Below are positions 35,765-46,025 of a stretch of DNA of 64,000 bases, one piece after another. The position numbers and the translations under genes were made by a program. Numbering within the stretch: position 1 is the stretch's first letter; each line of letters starts with the position of its first letter. Source of the stretch: Nitrospirales bacterium (GTDB lineage Bacteria > Nitrospirota > Nitrospiria > Nitrospirales > NS-4); NCBI GenBank assembly GCA_036505795.1, contig DASXSU010000031.1:72471-136470 (forward strand). Reading direction: 5' to 3'. The notes below the pieces were generated by a model. It was not told the origin of the DNA. It did no database searches and was given only the letters and a program-made list of their open reading frames with translations.

Positions 35765-38278
35765 TTACAGTTTCCCCAGCACCTTGTCCAAGGTGTACAC
35801 TTCGAAGCGGTCGCCGGGTTTCAGGTCGTTGAAGTTCTCCACACTGATCCCGCATTCATAGCCAGCCTGTACTTCCTTCACATCATCCTTGAACCGGCGC
35901 AGCGAGCCGATCTTGCCTTCGTAAACCACGGCGCTGTCGCGCACAACGCGGATCCCGGCGCTCGTTCGAGTGATCGAGCCGTCGGTGACATAGCAGCCCG
36001 CCACCGCTCCTGCTTTCGGAATCACGAACACTTTTCGGACCTCCGCGCGGCCGGTCACGCGCTCTTTGAAAGTCGGTTCGAGAAGGCCTTCCATCGCTGC
36101 TCGGATATCATTGAGCGCTTCATAAATAATGCTGTAGTTCCGGATATCGATGCCCTCGCGCTCGGCCAAGGTGGCAGCCTTCGTCTCGGGTCGCACGTTG
36201 AATCCAATGATAATGGCGTTGGATGCGGACGCCAGTTGGACATCGTTTTCGGTAATTCCCCCGACACCCTTTAGAATTATGTTGGGTTTGACGGCCTCCG
36301 CGCTTAGACGCTCGACCGCGTCCGCGAGCGCTTCGGCCGATCCCTGAACATCGGCGCGAATGATAATCCCCAGCTCTTTGACGGTCCCTTCTTTGACCTG
36401 GGCAAACAGATCATCCAGGGTCACTTTGCGCACGGGGGCCATGTCGACTGAGCGCTGCTTGGCCAGACGAGATTCCGCGATTTCGCGGGCAATGCGTTCA
36501 TCTTTCGTGACGACAAACTCCTGCCCGGCCATCGGACAACCGAGCAGTCCGACGACCTCGACCGGAATCGAAGGCCCGGCCTCTTTGACCGGTCGGCCGG
36601 CATGATTGAAAAGCGCCCGTACTCGGCCGCTGTAGGTTCCCACCACAAACGGGTCTCCCAGACGCAGAGTTCCGTTCTGGACCAGTACGGTGGCGACAGG
36701 ACCTCGACCTCGATCGATCTTGGCTTCAATCACGATCCCCCGCGCCAACCGCTCGGGCGCCGCTCGTAACTCCAGGACTTCTGCCTGCAGGAGAATCATT
36801 TCCAGGAGCGTCTCCAGGCCTGTTTTCTTTTTGGCGGAGACTTCTACAAAAATCGTCTCGCCGCCCCAAGCCTCAGGCACCAGCCCGCGTTCGGAGACCT
36901 GATTTTTGATCCGGTCGGGGTTGGCGTCCGGCTTGTCCATCTTATTGATGGCGACGATGACCGGAACCTCGGCCGCCCGAGCGTGATCGAGGGCCTCAAT
37001 GGTTTGCGGCATCACCCCATCGTCTGCGGCGACGACCAGCACAACGATGTCCGTGACTTTGGCGCCTCGCGCGCGCATTGCTGTGAACGCTTCATGGCCG
37101 GGCGTATCCAGAAACGTGATAAGTTGGCCCCGGGCCTTTACAACATAGGCACCAATGTGTTGAGTAATCCCCCCCGCTTCGCCTTCCGTCACCTTTGTCT
37201 CCCGAATGGCATCCAGCAGCGAGGTCTTGCCGTGATCGACGTGTCCCATAATGGTGACCACCGGCGGCCTGGACACAAGCGACTCCTGGACTTCGGCGGG
37301 CGCTTCAACAAGGAGCTCTTCAGCCGGCCGCTCCGTGACCATCTCCACCCGCACCGAAAACGATTCCGCAAGCAAGCTGGCAGCCTCGGAGGCGAGCGGC
37401 TGGTTGAGCGTCAGGAGCATTCCCATCTCCATAAGCCGTTTCATCACATCGGCCGGCTTTTGCCCTACGGCTTCAGCAAACTCCTTTACCGTCAGGCCTT
37501 CGGCTAGCCTCACAGCCCTGAGCCGGGGTTTCGTGACCTCTGCGATCGCGCCAGGCGTCGTGTGACGGGATTTCTCTTCACGCCGATGCATCGGCATCGC
37601 GCGGAGATCCCGCCACCGGGTCGCGTCATCTCGCAGCGGAAGCGGTTCGTCCTCACGATCCCGCACTGCGCGGCGCGTTTTCTTGCTTTTATCTTTCAAG
37701 CTCTGATCCGGAAGTGGAGGCACAATTTCGGCCTTTTTGGCCCATGCGGGGCGTTCGGTCTGGCCTGCCGGCAGCGGAATTCCAGTCGTGGGCAGGCCCG
37801 GTAGCGCGAACGGCGGTGGCATGGCGCCGGGCTCAGGACTCGACGGCAGAGCGCTCGGCGTCAGCTCCGGCGCCGAAGGAATGACCCCGGCCGCGGGAGT
37901 CGCCTCGGTCAGCTCCTCCACCGGCATCATCTCTTCCTCCGGCTTTAGCGGAAGCAGATCGGGACCGAGCAAGGGTTCGCTCTGGCGCCGCTTCACCAGG
38001 ATCAGCTTTTTTTCTCCCTTCGGCAGTTCGGCAGGGACGGGAGCGGCTTTTGCGGCGGCCTGCGGGCGAGCCGTCAGAGTCTTTTTCTTCACGACCAGTG
38101 TCGAAGCGGGTTTCGACGTTTCCTTTTTGACAGATCCGAACTTATTCAAAATTTGAGTCACTGCGTCCTCTTCAAGGGCTGCCATATGGTTAGAAACGCT
38201 CACCCCGATCGTCTTCAGGTCGTTGATCAGGTCCTTACTCGGCACACTCAGTTGTTTGGCTAATTCAAAAACCCGCAT
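35765..38278 (-). CDS. infB: Translation initiation factor IF-2
   Basis: The ATG at 38278 ([18 protein letters not shown]) lies 19 nt after the nusA stop. The G domain is [24 protein letters not shown]. The track ORF extends spuriously to 38371. Confidence 0.95.
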   Translation of the reverse strand: MRVFELAKQLSVPSKDLINDLKTIGVSVSNHMAALEEDAVTQILNKFGSVKKETSKPASTLVVKKKTLTARPQAAAKAAPVPAELPKGEKKLILVKRRQSEPLLGPDLLPLKPEEEMMPVEELTEATPAAGVIPSAPELTPSALPSSPEPGAMPPPFALPGLPTTGIPLPAGQTERPAWAKKAEIVPPLPDQSLKDKSKKTRRAVRDREDEPLPLRDDATRWRDLRAMPMHRREEKSRHTTPGAIAEVTKPRLRAVRLAEGLTVKEFAEAVGQKPADVMKRLMEMGMLLTLNQPLASEAASLLAESFSVRVEMVTERPAEELLVEAPAEVQESLVSRPPVVTIMGHVDHGKTSLLDAIRETKVTEGEAGGITQHIGAYVVKARGQLITFLDTPGHEAFTAMRARGAKVTDIVVLVVAADDGVMPQTIEALDHARAAEVPVIVAINKMDKPDANPDRIKNQVSERGLVPEAWGGETIFVEVSAKKKTGLETLLEMILLQAEVLELRAAPERLARGIVIEAKIDRGRGPVATVLVQNGTLRLGDPFVVGTYSGRVRALFNHAGRPVKEAGPSIPVEVVGLLGCPMAGQEFVVTKDERIAREIAESRLAKQRSVDMAPVRKVTLDDLFAQVKEGTVKELGIIIRADVQGSAEALADAVERLSAEAVKPNIILKGVGGITENDVQLASASNAIIIGFNVRPETKAATLAEREGIDIRNYSIIYEALNDIRAAMEGLLEPTFKERVTGRAEVRKVFVIPKAGAVAGCYVTDGSITRTSAGIRVVRDSAVVYEGKIGSLRRFKDDVKEVQAGYECGISVENFNDLKPGDRFEVYTLDKVLGKL

Positions 38279-38297
38279 GTGGCTGTCTTCTATTCTC

Positions 38298-39509
38298 CTA
38301 TGCGGTCGCGGCCCCGCGTTGCTCCTCGTCTTCGTCCTTGTCCATCTTGGATTCTTCAGCCTTCTGATCATCCGCCTTCTGAGCGGCGGCCGATTCCGCT
38401 TCCATCAATTTCGCATGCTGGTCCTGCAATTGCTGGGCGATCGCCGCGCGGGTTTCCTGGTCGCGCACGGCCTTCTCTTTCTCGTATTCGCTGGCGCCGA
38501 TGATATCGATTTTCCAACCGGTCAGCTTTGCGGCGAGCCGGACGTTCTGACCGTTCCTGCCGATAGCCAGCGAGAGCTGATTGTCGGCGACGACCACAAG
38601 CGCCGATTTCTTTTCCTCATCGACGCCGACTTTTTCGATGACCGCGGGATTGAGCGCCTCCGCGATGAAGACCCGGGGATCGGGCGTCCATCCGATGATG
38701 TCGATTTTTTCACCCCGCAACTCTCGAACCACGGCCTGGACCCTCGAGCCTTTCATCCCGACGCAGGCGCCTACCGGATCCACCGCGCGATCACGGGACA
38801 CGACCGCGATCTTCGTGCGATCGCCCGGTTCGCGAACCACGGCTTTGATCTCCAGGATCTTTTCGGCGATCTCGGGCACCTCAGCCTCGAACAGCTTGAC
38901 GATAAAGTTCGGATGCGTCCGGGAGAGGATCACCTGCACATCACGCATCGTCCGTTTGACCTCGAGAAGGTAGGCCTTGATGCGATCACCACGGCGGTAT
39001 ACCTCTCGCGGGATCTGCTCATGCGCAGGCAAGATCGCTTCGGTCCTGCCGAGATCAACGATGTAATTGCGGCGTTCCTGCCCGAGAATAATACCGTTGA
39101 CCAGATCGCCTTGGCGCGTCGAAAACTCCCGCTGGACAGCCTCCCATTCCGCCTCGCGCACTTTCTGGAAGATGACCTGCTTGGCGGTCTGTGCCGCAAT
39201 ACGGCCGAACTCTTCAATCTCAATCAGCGATCCGATCTCATCCCCGAGTTCGGCCTCGCTGTCCACCTTCTGCGCGTCTTGCAAGGAGACTTCGGATTTC
39301 GAATTGGTCACCTCGTTGACGATCTTCTTCAGCGAAATCGCCTCGATCTCGCCGCTTTTCCGATCGATTTTTATTTGGATGTTCTCCGCGCCATACCGCT
39401 TCTTGGCCGCGGTCTGCAAGGCAGCTTCGACCGCCTCTAAAATCCGGCCGGTATCGATCCCCTTCTCTCGTCCGATCTGTTCAATCACCGTCAACAGCTC
39501 ACGTCCCAT
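38298..39509 (-). CDS. nusA: Transcription termination/antitermination factor NusA
   Basis: 403 aa. The N-terminus is [15 protein letters not shown], followed by S1 and two KH regions ([40 protein letters not shown]). Confidence 0.95.
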   Translation of the reverse strand: MGRELLTVIEQIGREKGIDTGRILEAVEAALQTAAKKRYGAENIQIKIDRKSGEIEAISLKKIVNEVTNSKSEVSLQDAQKVDSEAELGDEIGSLIEIEEFGRIAAQTAKQVIFQKVREAEWEAVQREFSTRQGDLVNGIILGQERRNYIVDLGRTEAILPAHEQIPREVYRRGDRIKAYLLEVKRTMRDVQVILSRTHPNFIVKLFEAEVPEIAEKILEIKAVVREPGDRTKIAVVSRDRAVDPVGACVGMKGSRVQAVVRELRGEKIDIIGWTPDPRVFIAEALNPAVIEKVGVDEEKKSALVVVADNQLSLAIGRNGQNVRLAAKLTGWKIDIIGASEYEKEKAVRDQETRAAIAQQLQDQHAKLMEAESAAAQKADDQKAEESKMDKDEDEEQRGAATA

Positions 39510-39542
39510 TGGATGTTCCTGTATGAATCCCCATTCCTGGTG

Positions 39543-40049
39543 TTAGAACTCGACCTCCAACCTGGCTTCCTCGATGTCGTCCAAAACAAGCGGGATCGGA
39601 GTTGTGTCCCGCTGCCGCGCTCCCTTGCGACCTGGGGAGGGCGACCTCTCGATCCATACTTGATGGCCGTCCAACCTTTGAATGCGCCCGATGACGACCC
39701 CTTGCCCGCTCAGCGGCTTGGCCAGCTTGAAGCGCGCCAGTCTCCCCTGAAATCGCTCATACTCTGTAGCGGACCGGATTCGGCGATCCAATCCCGGGGA
39801 CGATACTTCCAGCACGTAGGCGTGGGGAATGGGATCCTCTACGTCAAGCGCATGCCCGATGAGAACGTGCGCGCGCTCGCAATCCTGAACCGTGACGTTA
39901 TCGATTGCTCCCCCGTCGGGCATCGTCCGCTCGATCACCAAGCGAAGAAAGGAGTTGCCACCGCGACCACGGAGTTCAACGTCAACGAGCACCAACCCGA
40001 GCGCATCTAGAATCGGCTGCACGATACGCCTGACTACAGGCTCTTGCAC
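39543..40049 (-). CDS. rimP: Ribosome maturation factor RimP
   Basis: The sequence LEVSSPGLDRRI and the N-terminal IVQPILDALGLVLVDVEL match RimP. The GTG start at 40049 gives an N-terminus the same length as E. coli RimP. AAGGAG lies 14 nt upstream. The alternative ATG at 40115 sits in the U-tract of the terminator listed next. Confidence 0.8.
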   Translation of the reverse strand: MQEPVVRRIVQPILDALGLVLVDVELRGRGGNSFLRLVIERTMPDGGAIDNVTVQDCERAHVLIGHALDVEDPIPHAYVLEVSSPGLDRRIRSATEYERFQGRLARFKLAKPLSGQGVVIGRIQRLDGHQVWIERSPSPGRKGARQRDTTPIPLVLDDIEEARLEVEF

Positions 40050-40112
40050 AGACTCTCGGCCTACTCCTTTTGGAATACCTTCGGATTGTCGATACAAATG
40101 GTTTTGACCTGG

Positions 40113-40146
40113 CATAAAACGAAAAAGTGGGTTTTCACCCACTTTA
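40113..40146 (-). terminator. Rho-independent terminator after the aminotransferase operon
   Basis: On the minus strand: AAAGTGGGT-GAAA-ACCCACTTT followed by TTCGTTTTAT. The stem is perfect. It lies about 50 nt downstream of the stop at 40192. Confidence 0.75.
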
Positions 40147-40191
40147 CTGGGAAAACGCTAACATAGGGCACATCGTCAAATCAAGGGGAAA

Positions 40192-41031
40192 CTAGGCGTG
40201 AAGCTTTCGAAAACGCGCCATCAAATCTTGAGTCGTGGGTCCGGGACGGCCTGCTCCGATTGGTCGGCCGTCCACCCGGCCAACCGGCAGAATCTCGATG
40301 GTAGTACCCGTCAAAAATACCTCCTCGGCACGGAAGACGTCAGTCTTCGTGAGGGGACGCTCTGCCACCGACAAGCCCGCCTCTCGCGCCAGTTGCAGCA
40401 CATGGGAGCGAGTGACCCCTGATAATAACAGCGGCCCTTCGGGAGGCGTGACGACACAGCCCTCACGGATCGCCATAACATTGCTCGTGGCTCCTTCGAG
40501 AACAAATCCATCCCTCACGAACACGGCCTCAAACGCCCCGGCATTGCGCGCCTGCTGTTTGGCAAGTACGTTGGCCAGGAGGCTGATGGACTTGATATCA
40601 CAGCGATCCCATCGAAGATCAGAAACCATGACGACATCAGCCCCGCCGGTATAGAGCGCCTCCGGCGGGGGCGACATTGCCCGCACCGTCATGACCACCG
40701 TCGGTGCCAGTCCAGCAGCGTACGTATGGTCCCGAGGGGCAACCCCACGCGTCACCTGGATGTACACTTTGGCCTCGGGATGTCCGCTTCGCTCCACGGC
40801 CTGCGTCACAACGCCGTTCCACCTATCATTATCGAAAGGCAGGATGATACCGAGAGCGGCCGCACTGCGCGCCAGGCGAGCGAGATGCTCTGAGAGGCAG
40901 AACGGGACTCCTCCATAGACCCGCAGTAACTCATAGACCCCGTCCCCGAATTGAAATCCCCGATCTTCGACCGACACCGTGGCCTGGACCAGCGGCATAA
41001 AGACGCCATTGACGAACGCAATATCAGGCAT
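40192..41031 (-). CDS. Class IV (fold type IV) aminotransferase: branched-chain amino acid or D-amino acid aminotransferase
   Basis: 279 aa. The family patterns RGFQFGDGVYE and EGATSNVMAIREGCVVTPPEGPLLLSGVTR are present. Substrate class cannot be resolved by eye. Confidence 0.8.
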   Translation of the reverse strand: MPDIAFVNGVFMPLVQATVSVEDRGFQFGDGVYELLRVYGGVPFCLSEHLARLARSAAALGIILPFDNDRWNGVVTQAVERSGHPEAKVYIQVTRGVAPRDHTYAAGLAPTVVMTVRAMSPPPEALYTGGADVVMVSDLRWDRCDIKSISLLANVLAKQQARNAGAFEAVFVRDGFVLEGATSNVMAIREGCVVTPPEGPLLLSGVTRSHVLQLAREAGLSVAERPLTKTDVFRAEEVFLTGTTIEILPVGRVDGRPIGAGRPGPTTQDLMARFRKLHA

Positions 41032-41371
41032 GGTTGCCGCTAGAGTCCACGTTCTCCTCGTTTACCATGAGGACGTACACGCGCCGATCCTCAGCCGTAA
41101 AGCGCCAGCCCATGCGTTTCTCAAATACAATGCGGTGCACGCCGGGCTTCAGCGCACGAAACTCAAAGACATGCTTGCCGGAGTCGACGACATTCCAATT
41201 CTCCCCCATGGACCTGTCGTAATCATCATTCGCCAGCGCGACGCCGGTATTGTCAAAGAGCGGTATATAAATTTCCCCCCGCGTCCGATCTTCCCAGAGA
41301 CGGATGATCACAGTTCCGCCGAGCCGAGTACTGAGAACCTTGTCTTGGGTCCAGGCTTCCCCAGCATTCAT
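41024..41371 (-). CDS. Hypothetical small protein
   Basis: 115-aa ORF whose 3' end overlaps the aminotransferase start by 8 nt. It is rich in beta-strand-like segments. I am confident of no family. Confidence 0.5.
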   Translation of the reverse strand: MNAGEAWTQDKVLSTRLGGTVIIRLWEDRTRGEIYIPLFDNTGVALANDDYDRSMGENWNVVDSGKHVFEFRALKPGVHRIVFEKRMGWRFTAEDRRVYVLMVNEENVDSSGNHA

Positions 41372-41437
41372 CGGTAGGCCAGTGCCGCCGAATCCGGGCG
41401 CTGGAGAGCCATGTCTGAGAGATTGAAACTCACCAAA

Positions 41438-41914
41438 TTAGAGCTGCAAGATGAAACGCAGGTCCGCACCCGGGATGAGATGTTCCCTCTGAACGAATCC
41501 GGCGGGCGCCGCGATAACATACCGGTCCTTCTGAGAAGCCGGCCCGTAAGTGGGGCACTGCTCAGCAGCGCAGGGCGCAACCTGCTCCGCGAGGAGAATC
41601 ACGCGTCTCGCCTCATCCAACCAGAGCAGGTCGACCGGAAATCGATATTGGCGGGTTGTGAACCGATGAAAGTCTGCCCGGTCATAGATGAATAACATTC
41701 CCCAATCAGGCGGAAGGGAGTCGCGAAACGCGAGGCCCGCCTGCAGCATCAACGGATTGTCCACCACTTCGACATGCATTTGGGTCCCGGAGGGAAACGT
41801 CACCAACAAGGACTCCGGTCCATGGCTGGTCGACATCAGGTAGTTGCCTCCAAGGAGCAGCCCTAAGGCCATGATGGCCAATATCCCCAAGCGCGTTGCC
41901 TTTGTCTTCTCCAT
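41438..41914 (-). CDS. DUF192 domain protein, membrane-anchored or secreted
   Basis: 158 aa. An N-terminal hydrophobic anchor is followed by QAGLAFRDSLPPDWGMLFIY...FPVDLLWLD, which resembles the DUF192 core. Confidence 0.65.
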   Translation of the reverse strand: MEKTKATRLGILAIMALGLLLGGNYLMSTSHGPESLLVTFPSGTQMHVEVVDNPLMLQAGLAFRDSLPPDWGMLFIYDRADFHRFTTRQYRFPVDLLWLDEARRVILLAEQVAPCAAEQCPTYGPASQKDRYVIAAPAGFVQREHLIPGADLRFILQL

Positions 41915-42044
41915 ATAAAATCAGTGTTTTTTTGAGGATTCATCGCATACTTTCCCCGGAAAAAGCAATGGAAGTCCCATTGGGATGAGGCTTTTTATCG
42001 GGGCTCAACAGGCCTTCTGGCCTACCACTGGCACTAGAAACACG

Positions 42045-42074
42045 TTGACAAGAACTGACGCCACTTCTTACAAT
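42045..42074 (+). promoter_or_regulatory. Candidate sigma-70 promoter: TTGACA-N18-TACAAT
   Basis: TTGACA at 42045-42050 and TACAAT at 42069-42074. It would produce an AT-rich leader of about 85 nt ahead of the ferredoxin ATG, whose RBS is GAAGGAGG. Confidence 0.45.
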
Positions 42075-42165
42075 GCAAGACCAACACAGTATTATTTCCT
42101 TTATTTCAACGTACTGAAAGCTAGCAAGTTAGATTGTTCTGGAGTAGAAGAAGGAGGCAAGTGTC

Positions 42166-42513
42166 ATGGCATTATTGATTACCGAAGAATGCATTTCCTG
42201 CGGGGCCTGTCTTCCCGAGTGCCCGAATGAAGCGATTTTCGAGACCCGCAGCGACGCAGAGACAAAGGGGAATCATGTCGGAGATGGTCAGGGTGTCGGC
42301 GACAACATCTATGTCATTACCCATGACCGCTGCACCGAATGCGTCGGGCATTTCGACGAGCCGCAATGCGCAGCCGTCTGTCCTGTCGATAACTGCTGCA
42401 TCTCAGATCCTCTGTATCCGGAGTCGACTGAGATTCTGCTAGAGCGCGCACGCACCCTCAATCCGGACAAAGAGATCGATCCGAATAAGATCTGGAGCGG
42501 CGTTCGCAACTAG
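42166..42513 (+). CDS. YfhL-type 2x[4Fe-4S] ferredoxin
   Basis: 115 aa. The cluster motifs are CISCGACLPECP and CTECVGHFDEPQCAAVCPVDNC, followed by a C-terminal extension. Confidence 0.85.
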   Translation: MALLITEECISCGACLPECPNEAIFETRSDAETKGNHVGDGQGVGDNIYVITHDRCTECVGHFDEPQCAAVCPVDNCCISDPLYPESTEILLERARTLNPDKEIDPNKIWSGVRN

Positions 42514-42535
42514 TTCCAGGCTTCCCTGAGACATC

Positions 42536-42578
42536 AAGGCCCTCTCTTCGACGTCCGAGGAGAGGGCCTTCGTTTTTT
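42536..42578 (+). terminator. Rho-independent terminator
   Basis: AAGGCCCTCTC (42536-42546) pairs perfectly with GAGAGGGCCTT (42560-42570), followed by CGTTTTTTC. It lies in the 66-nt gap between the convergent ferredoxin and CBS genes. Confidence 0.8.
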
Positions 42579-42579
42579 C

Positions 42580-42999
42580 TTACAATGTTCCCCAGTTTTT
42601 GAAGTACCGGAGCAGGTCGCGGACGGACAGCACACCCACAATGTGGCCGTCTTCCGTGACGGCCAGATGTCGGATCGCGCGCTCTGCCATTAAATCGCTG
42701 GCGTCATGCGCGGACCGATCGATTTCGATCGTGATGATAGGCGCCGTCATCACCTCAGATACCAGAACCCTGCTCGCATCGCGCTCAGCCGCCAAAACTT
42801 TGCGAACAAGATCGGTCTCGGTGAGGACCCCGATGTAGCGACCATCCTCCCCCGATACGAGGAGCGCTCCGATCTTGGCGTCACGCATGGTCCGAGCGGC
42901 CTCGATCACCGGAGCTGACACCGACACCCCGAGAATCCGCCGGCTCATCATCACTGCAAGGGGTCTTTGAATTGCCGACCCGCCCATACCCGGCCTCAC
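42580..42999 (-). CDS. CBS domain pair protein
   Basis: 139-aa track ORF with two CBS repeats (VIEAARTMRDAKIGALLV; AHDASDLMAERAIRHLAV). The true start may be an internal ATG at 42987 (GAGG lies 8 nt upstream) or at 42951. Confidence 0.8.
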   Translation of the reverse strand: MRPGMGGSAIQRPLAVMMSRRILGVSVSAPVIEAARTMRDAKIGALLVSGEDGRYIGVLTETDLVRKVLAAERDASRVLVSEVMTAPIITIEIDRSAHDASDLMAERAIRHLAVTEDGHIVGVLSVRDLLRYFKNWGTL

Positions 43000-43196
43000 A
43001 AGCGAAGGATTGTAGGGACGATTCGGTGGACAGTCAATATAGCGTTAGGCCGCACGTTCCTTAACTCACAATTCCCCGAGACCCCCCTATTCGTGGTGCA
43101 CCGGTGCGTTTGGGCGAACACGTAGGGTTGAACCTTCCCGACACGCTTGCTATAGTGACCGCTGCTGCCGCCACCATCAAACCGACAGGGAGCTTC

Positions 43197-44513
43197 ATGA
43201 ATATCACCATCATCGGCACAGGGTACGTTGGCCTCGTCACCGGCGCATGTTTCGCGGAATTTGGGCTCCAAGTCACCTGTATGGATAAGGATGAGCAGCG
43301 GGTCGCCGCACTGGAAAAAGGAAAGATACCGATCTACGAACCCGGACTCTCGGAGCTGGTTCACAAGGGTCTGTCCGAAGGACGGCTCGCGTTTACGACG
43401 AATCTCGGTCGGGCCGTGGATTCCGCCCTCGTAATTTTCATCGCCGTCGGCACTCCCTCCCAGGATGACGGGTCGGCGGATCTCTCATTTGTTGAAGATG
43501 TGGGCCGCGGCATCGCGGCGCACTTAAACGGCTATAAAGTGATCGTCACCAAATCGACCGTCCCGGTCGGCACAGGCGAGCGGCTTCGGAAGCTGATCGG
43601 ATCCCTTGTCGGGAAAGAGGGGGCCTTCGATATCGTTTCCAACCCGGAATTCCTGAGGGAGGGTTCCGCGATCGAGGATTTCATGCGGCCGAACCGCGTA
43701 GTCATTGGCGCGCAGAGCCCGCACGCGATCGCCGTCATGCGCGATCTATACCGGCCTCTCTATCTGATCGAAACCCCGTTCGTGCTGACAGATGTCGCGA
43801 CCGCCGAAATGATCAAGTACGCTTCCAATTCATTTCTCGCCACGAAGGTGTCCTTCATCAACGAGGTCGCGACCTTGTGCGAACGGGTGGGCGCCGATGT
43901 CCAGGTCGTCGCGAAAGGTATGGGTCTTGACCATCGCATCGGGGCCAAGTTTCTTCATCCTGGACCGGGGTTTGGCGGATCATGTTTCCCCAAGGACGTG
44001 GCGGCCTTGGTTCAAACCGGCCAGCGGGCAGACTGCCCCATGGAGATCGCCGAGGCCACGGTGCGCGCGAATAAAACGCAGCGAACCCGGATGGTCGAGA
44101 AGATCCGGCAGGCGGCGGGCGGTCAGGTCCGGGGCAAACGGATCGCCATGTTGGGCCTCTCCTTCAAGCCGAACACCAATGACTTGCGTGATGCTCCAGC
44201 CCTGGAGATTGTGCGCTGCTTGCAAGAGGAAGGCGCCGTGATACGGGCCTATGATCCTGCCGCCATGGAAGAGGCCAGCAAACTATTACCGGGTATCGAA
44301 CTCTGTGAGAATTCCTATGAAGCCGCGGCTGGAGCCGATATGTTGGTTCTCATGACCGAGTGGAACCAGTTTCGGAACCTGGATCTGGACCGGATCAAGT
44401 CCGCGCTGAAGACGCCGATCTTTGTAGATCTTCGCAACGTCTACGAGCCTGCGCGCATGGCATCGCTCGGTTTTCAGTACACGTCAGTAGGCCGGTCGAC
44501 ACCCTCGAATTAA
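43197..44513 (+). CDS. ugd: UDP-glucose 6-dehydrogenase
   Basis: The ATG at 43197 follows GGGAG. The protein begins MNITIIGTGYVGLVTGACFAEFG (Rossmann fold). The catalytic region is GFGGSCFPKD. Confidence 0.9.
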   Translation: MNITIIGTGYVGLVTGACFAEFGLQVTCMDKDEQRVAALEKGKIPIYEPGLSELVHKGLSEGRLAFTTNLGRAVDSALVIFIAVGTPSQDDGSADLSFVEDVGRGIAAHLNGYKVIVTKSTVPVGTGERLRKLIGSLVGKEGAFDIVSNPEFLREGSAIEDFMRPNRVVIGAQSPHAIAVMRDLYRPLYLIETPFVLTDVATAEMIKYASNSFLATKVSFINEVATLCERVGADVQVVAKGMGLDHRIGAKFLHPGPGFGGSCFPKDVAALVQTGQRADCPMEIAEATVRANKTQRTRMVEKIRQAAGGQVRGKRIAMLGLSFKPNTNDLRDAPALEIVRCLQEEGAVIRAYDPAAMEEASKLLPGIELCENSYEAAAGADMLVLMTEWNQFRNLDLDRIKSALKTPIFVDLRNVYEPARMASLGFQYTSVGRSTPSN

Positions 44514-44518
44514 GCCGA

Positions 44519-45235
44519 CTATAGTACCTCGGTTTTCGGCTTGGGTTTGTAGCCCATGCGGTCCAGGAGCTTGCGGATTTTCGCCTGGAGAGTGTCGTCG
44601 GCGCCCACCATCACATCAGTCAACGGCTCCACGGCCGGCTTGCCGATTTTCCGGATGATTTCGCCCGCGGACTGGCGAAGGTCGTCATCCTCGTGCGTCA
44701 GTAAGCTCGCGACGGCGGTCACACTGGGGGCGCCGATTTTGATGAGCGCATCATAGGCCCGCTGACGGATGTCGTTGACCTCGTCAGTCAGCGCGTCAAT
44801 GAGCGGTCCCACAGCCCGCGCGTCACCCAACGCTCCGAGCACTTCCACTGCGTATTTGCGGGTGAGCCAATGCGGCTCTTTTAGGGCCGAGAGCATTTCA
44901 TCGGCCCGGCTTTTATTGGCGTCCCGCGACCGAATCGTAAAGCCCTTAACGATCCGCCGCTTCGTCGGCGCGCCATGCAGCGTCCCTCCGGGTTCCTCCT
45001 CAACCACGCGCACCGTGACGCCGTCCCCGATCTTCAGCGTCTTCAGCTCTTCGAGCAGCTCTTCTCCCACCTCCAAGACCACCGTCTTACCTTCGTACGC
45101 CAGCAGCTCAATCTCCATGGTCCGGTGTTCGATATCAACTTTCACCACGTTTTCCGAAATGAGATTAAAGCCGTCTTTCTTAATTCCGGGGCCGCCCTTG
45201 CTGATCTGAATCAATTTCGGCGATTCTTCTGCCAT
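44519..45235 (-). CDS. HEAT-repeat protein 5 of 5: non-HEAT N-terminal domain of about 105 aa plus about four PBS-lyase-type HEAT repeats
   Basis: The ATG at 45235 follows AGGAG. The longer track ORF, extending to 45430, overlaps the preceding gene. The C-terminal half has the repeats VLGALGDARAVGPLIDAL and LIKIGAPSVTAV. Confidence 0.7.
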   Translation of the reverse strand: MAEESPKLIQISKGGPGIKKDGFNLISENVVKVDIEHRTMEIELLAYEGKTVVLEVGEELLEELKTLKIGDGVTVRVVEEEPGGTLHGAPTKRRIVKGFTIRSRDANKSRADEMLSALKEPHWLTRKYAVEVLGALGDARAVGPLIDALTDEVNDIRQRAYDALIKIGAPSVTAVASLLTHEDDDLRQSAGEIIRKIGKPAVEPLTDVMVGADDTLQAKIRKLLDRMGYKPKPKTEVL

Positions 45236-45263
45236 CGTCTCTCCTTTACGCGCTACGAGCTGC

Positions 45264-46025
45264 CTACTCGCTGGGCGGAACCCATCCGAGGCTGGCCAGC
45301 GTCCCCTCGACGGTTTCTCGCACCATCTCGTTCTCGTCTTCCAACAGAGGCACCAGCGCCTCCACCACCTGCCGGTCTCCCAGTCTCGCCAAAGACTCGG
45401 CCGCATTGCGGCGCACAAGCCAATCCTCATCTTGAAGCGCCTGCGCGAGCCCTTGCAACGCGCGTCGGTCTCCGATAAGGCCCAAGGCCTCAGCCGCGTG
45501 CCGCTTGACGATCCAGTTCTCTCCCGCCAATCCGTTCAACAGCCCATCCACCGCGCGCGGGTCCGGAATCTTTTTGAGCGCTCGAGCGGCCTCCTCACGG
45601 ACGGTCTGGTCCATCAAGGCTTCCATCAGGCCTTCCACAGCCCGCGGATCGCCGATCTTCTCGAGGGCTTCCACTGCCGCCAGACGTACCGCCCCGTCCC
45701 GATCTTTGAGCGCCCGGATCAAGAGGGGAAGCGCCCGTACGTCTTTGAGGTGCCCAAGCGCAATCGCCGCCTGTTCGCGGACCGCCCATTCATCATCGTG
45801 CAAGGCCTCCAAGAGCGGCTCCACGGCAGCAGGCCCGACTTGCACGAGAGCCTGGCGGGCTGCCTCGCGGATTACCCGATCATCATCGGTAAAGAGCCCG
45901 ATCAGCTGCCCGATTACAGAGGAACCGATCTGGCCCAGACTAGCCACGGCGTGGTCGCGCAGTGCCTCGTTTTCGTCGCGCAAGGCTGCCAGGAGTTGCT
46001 CGATCCGACGATCGCTCTCACTCAT
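45264..46025 (-). CDS. HEAT-repeat protein 4 of 5 (about eight PBS-lyase-type repeats)
   Basis: 253 aa built from units of about 31 aa, for example HDDEWAVREQAAIALGHLKDVRALPLLIRAL. Confidence 0.8.
   Translation of the reverse strand: MSESDRRIEQLLAALRDENEALRDHAVASLGQIGSSVIGQLIGLFTDDDRVIREAARQALVQVGPAAVEPLLEALHDDEWAVREQAAIALGHLKDVRALPLLIRALKDRDGAVRLAAVEALEKIGDPRAVEGLMEALMDQTVREEAARALKKIPDPRAVDGLLNGLAGENWIVKRHAAEALGLIGDRRALQGLAQALQDEDWLVRRNAAESLARLGDRQVVEALVPLLEDENEMVRETVEGTLASLGWVPPSE

Noticed and set aside
38223-39440. A 405-aa plus-strand ORF antisense to nusA. Similar antisense ORFs lie over infB (35723-36274, 36983-37507), dabA (22584-23759, 391 aa), pdxJ (5315-5947) and pnp (33211-33864).
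   Set aside because: The opposite strand encodes unmistakable housekeeping proteins across the same bases. The antisense products are low-complexity and have no family resemblance.
40050-40142. A longer RimP ORF starting at 40142 (or at the ATG at 40115).
   Set aside because: The first codons overlap a perfect terminator hairpin and its U-tract (40113-40146). The GTG at 40049 gives an N-terminus that aligns with E. coli RimP. The start remains uncertain because the AAGGAG lies 14 nt upstream.
41024-41371. The 115-aa protein, considered as a chagasin-type (I42) cysteine protease inhibitor because of its size and beta-rich pattern (HVFEFRALKPGVHRIVFEKRMGW).
   Set aside because: The diagnostic NPTTGY-type loop motif is absent. 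The resemblance is only in general layout, so it is left as hypothetical.
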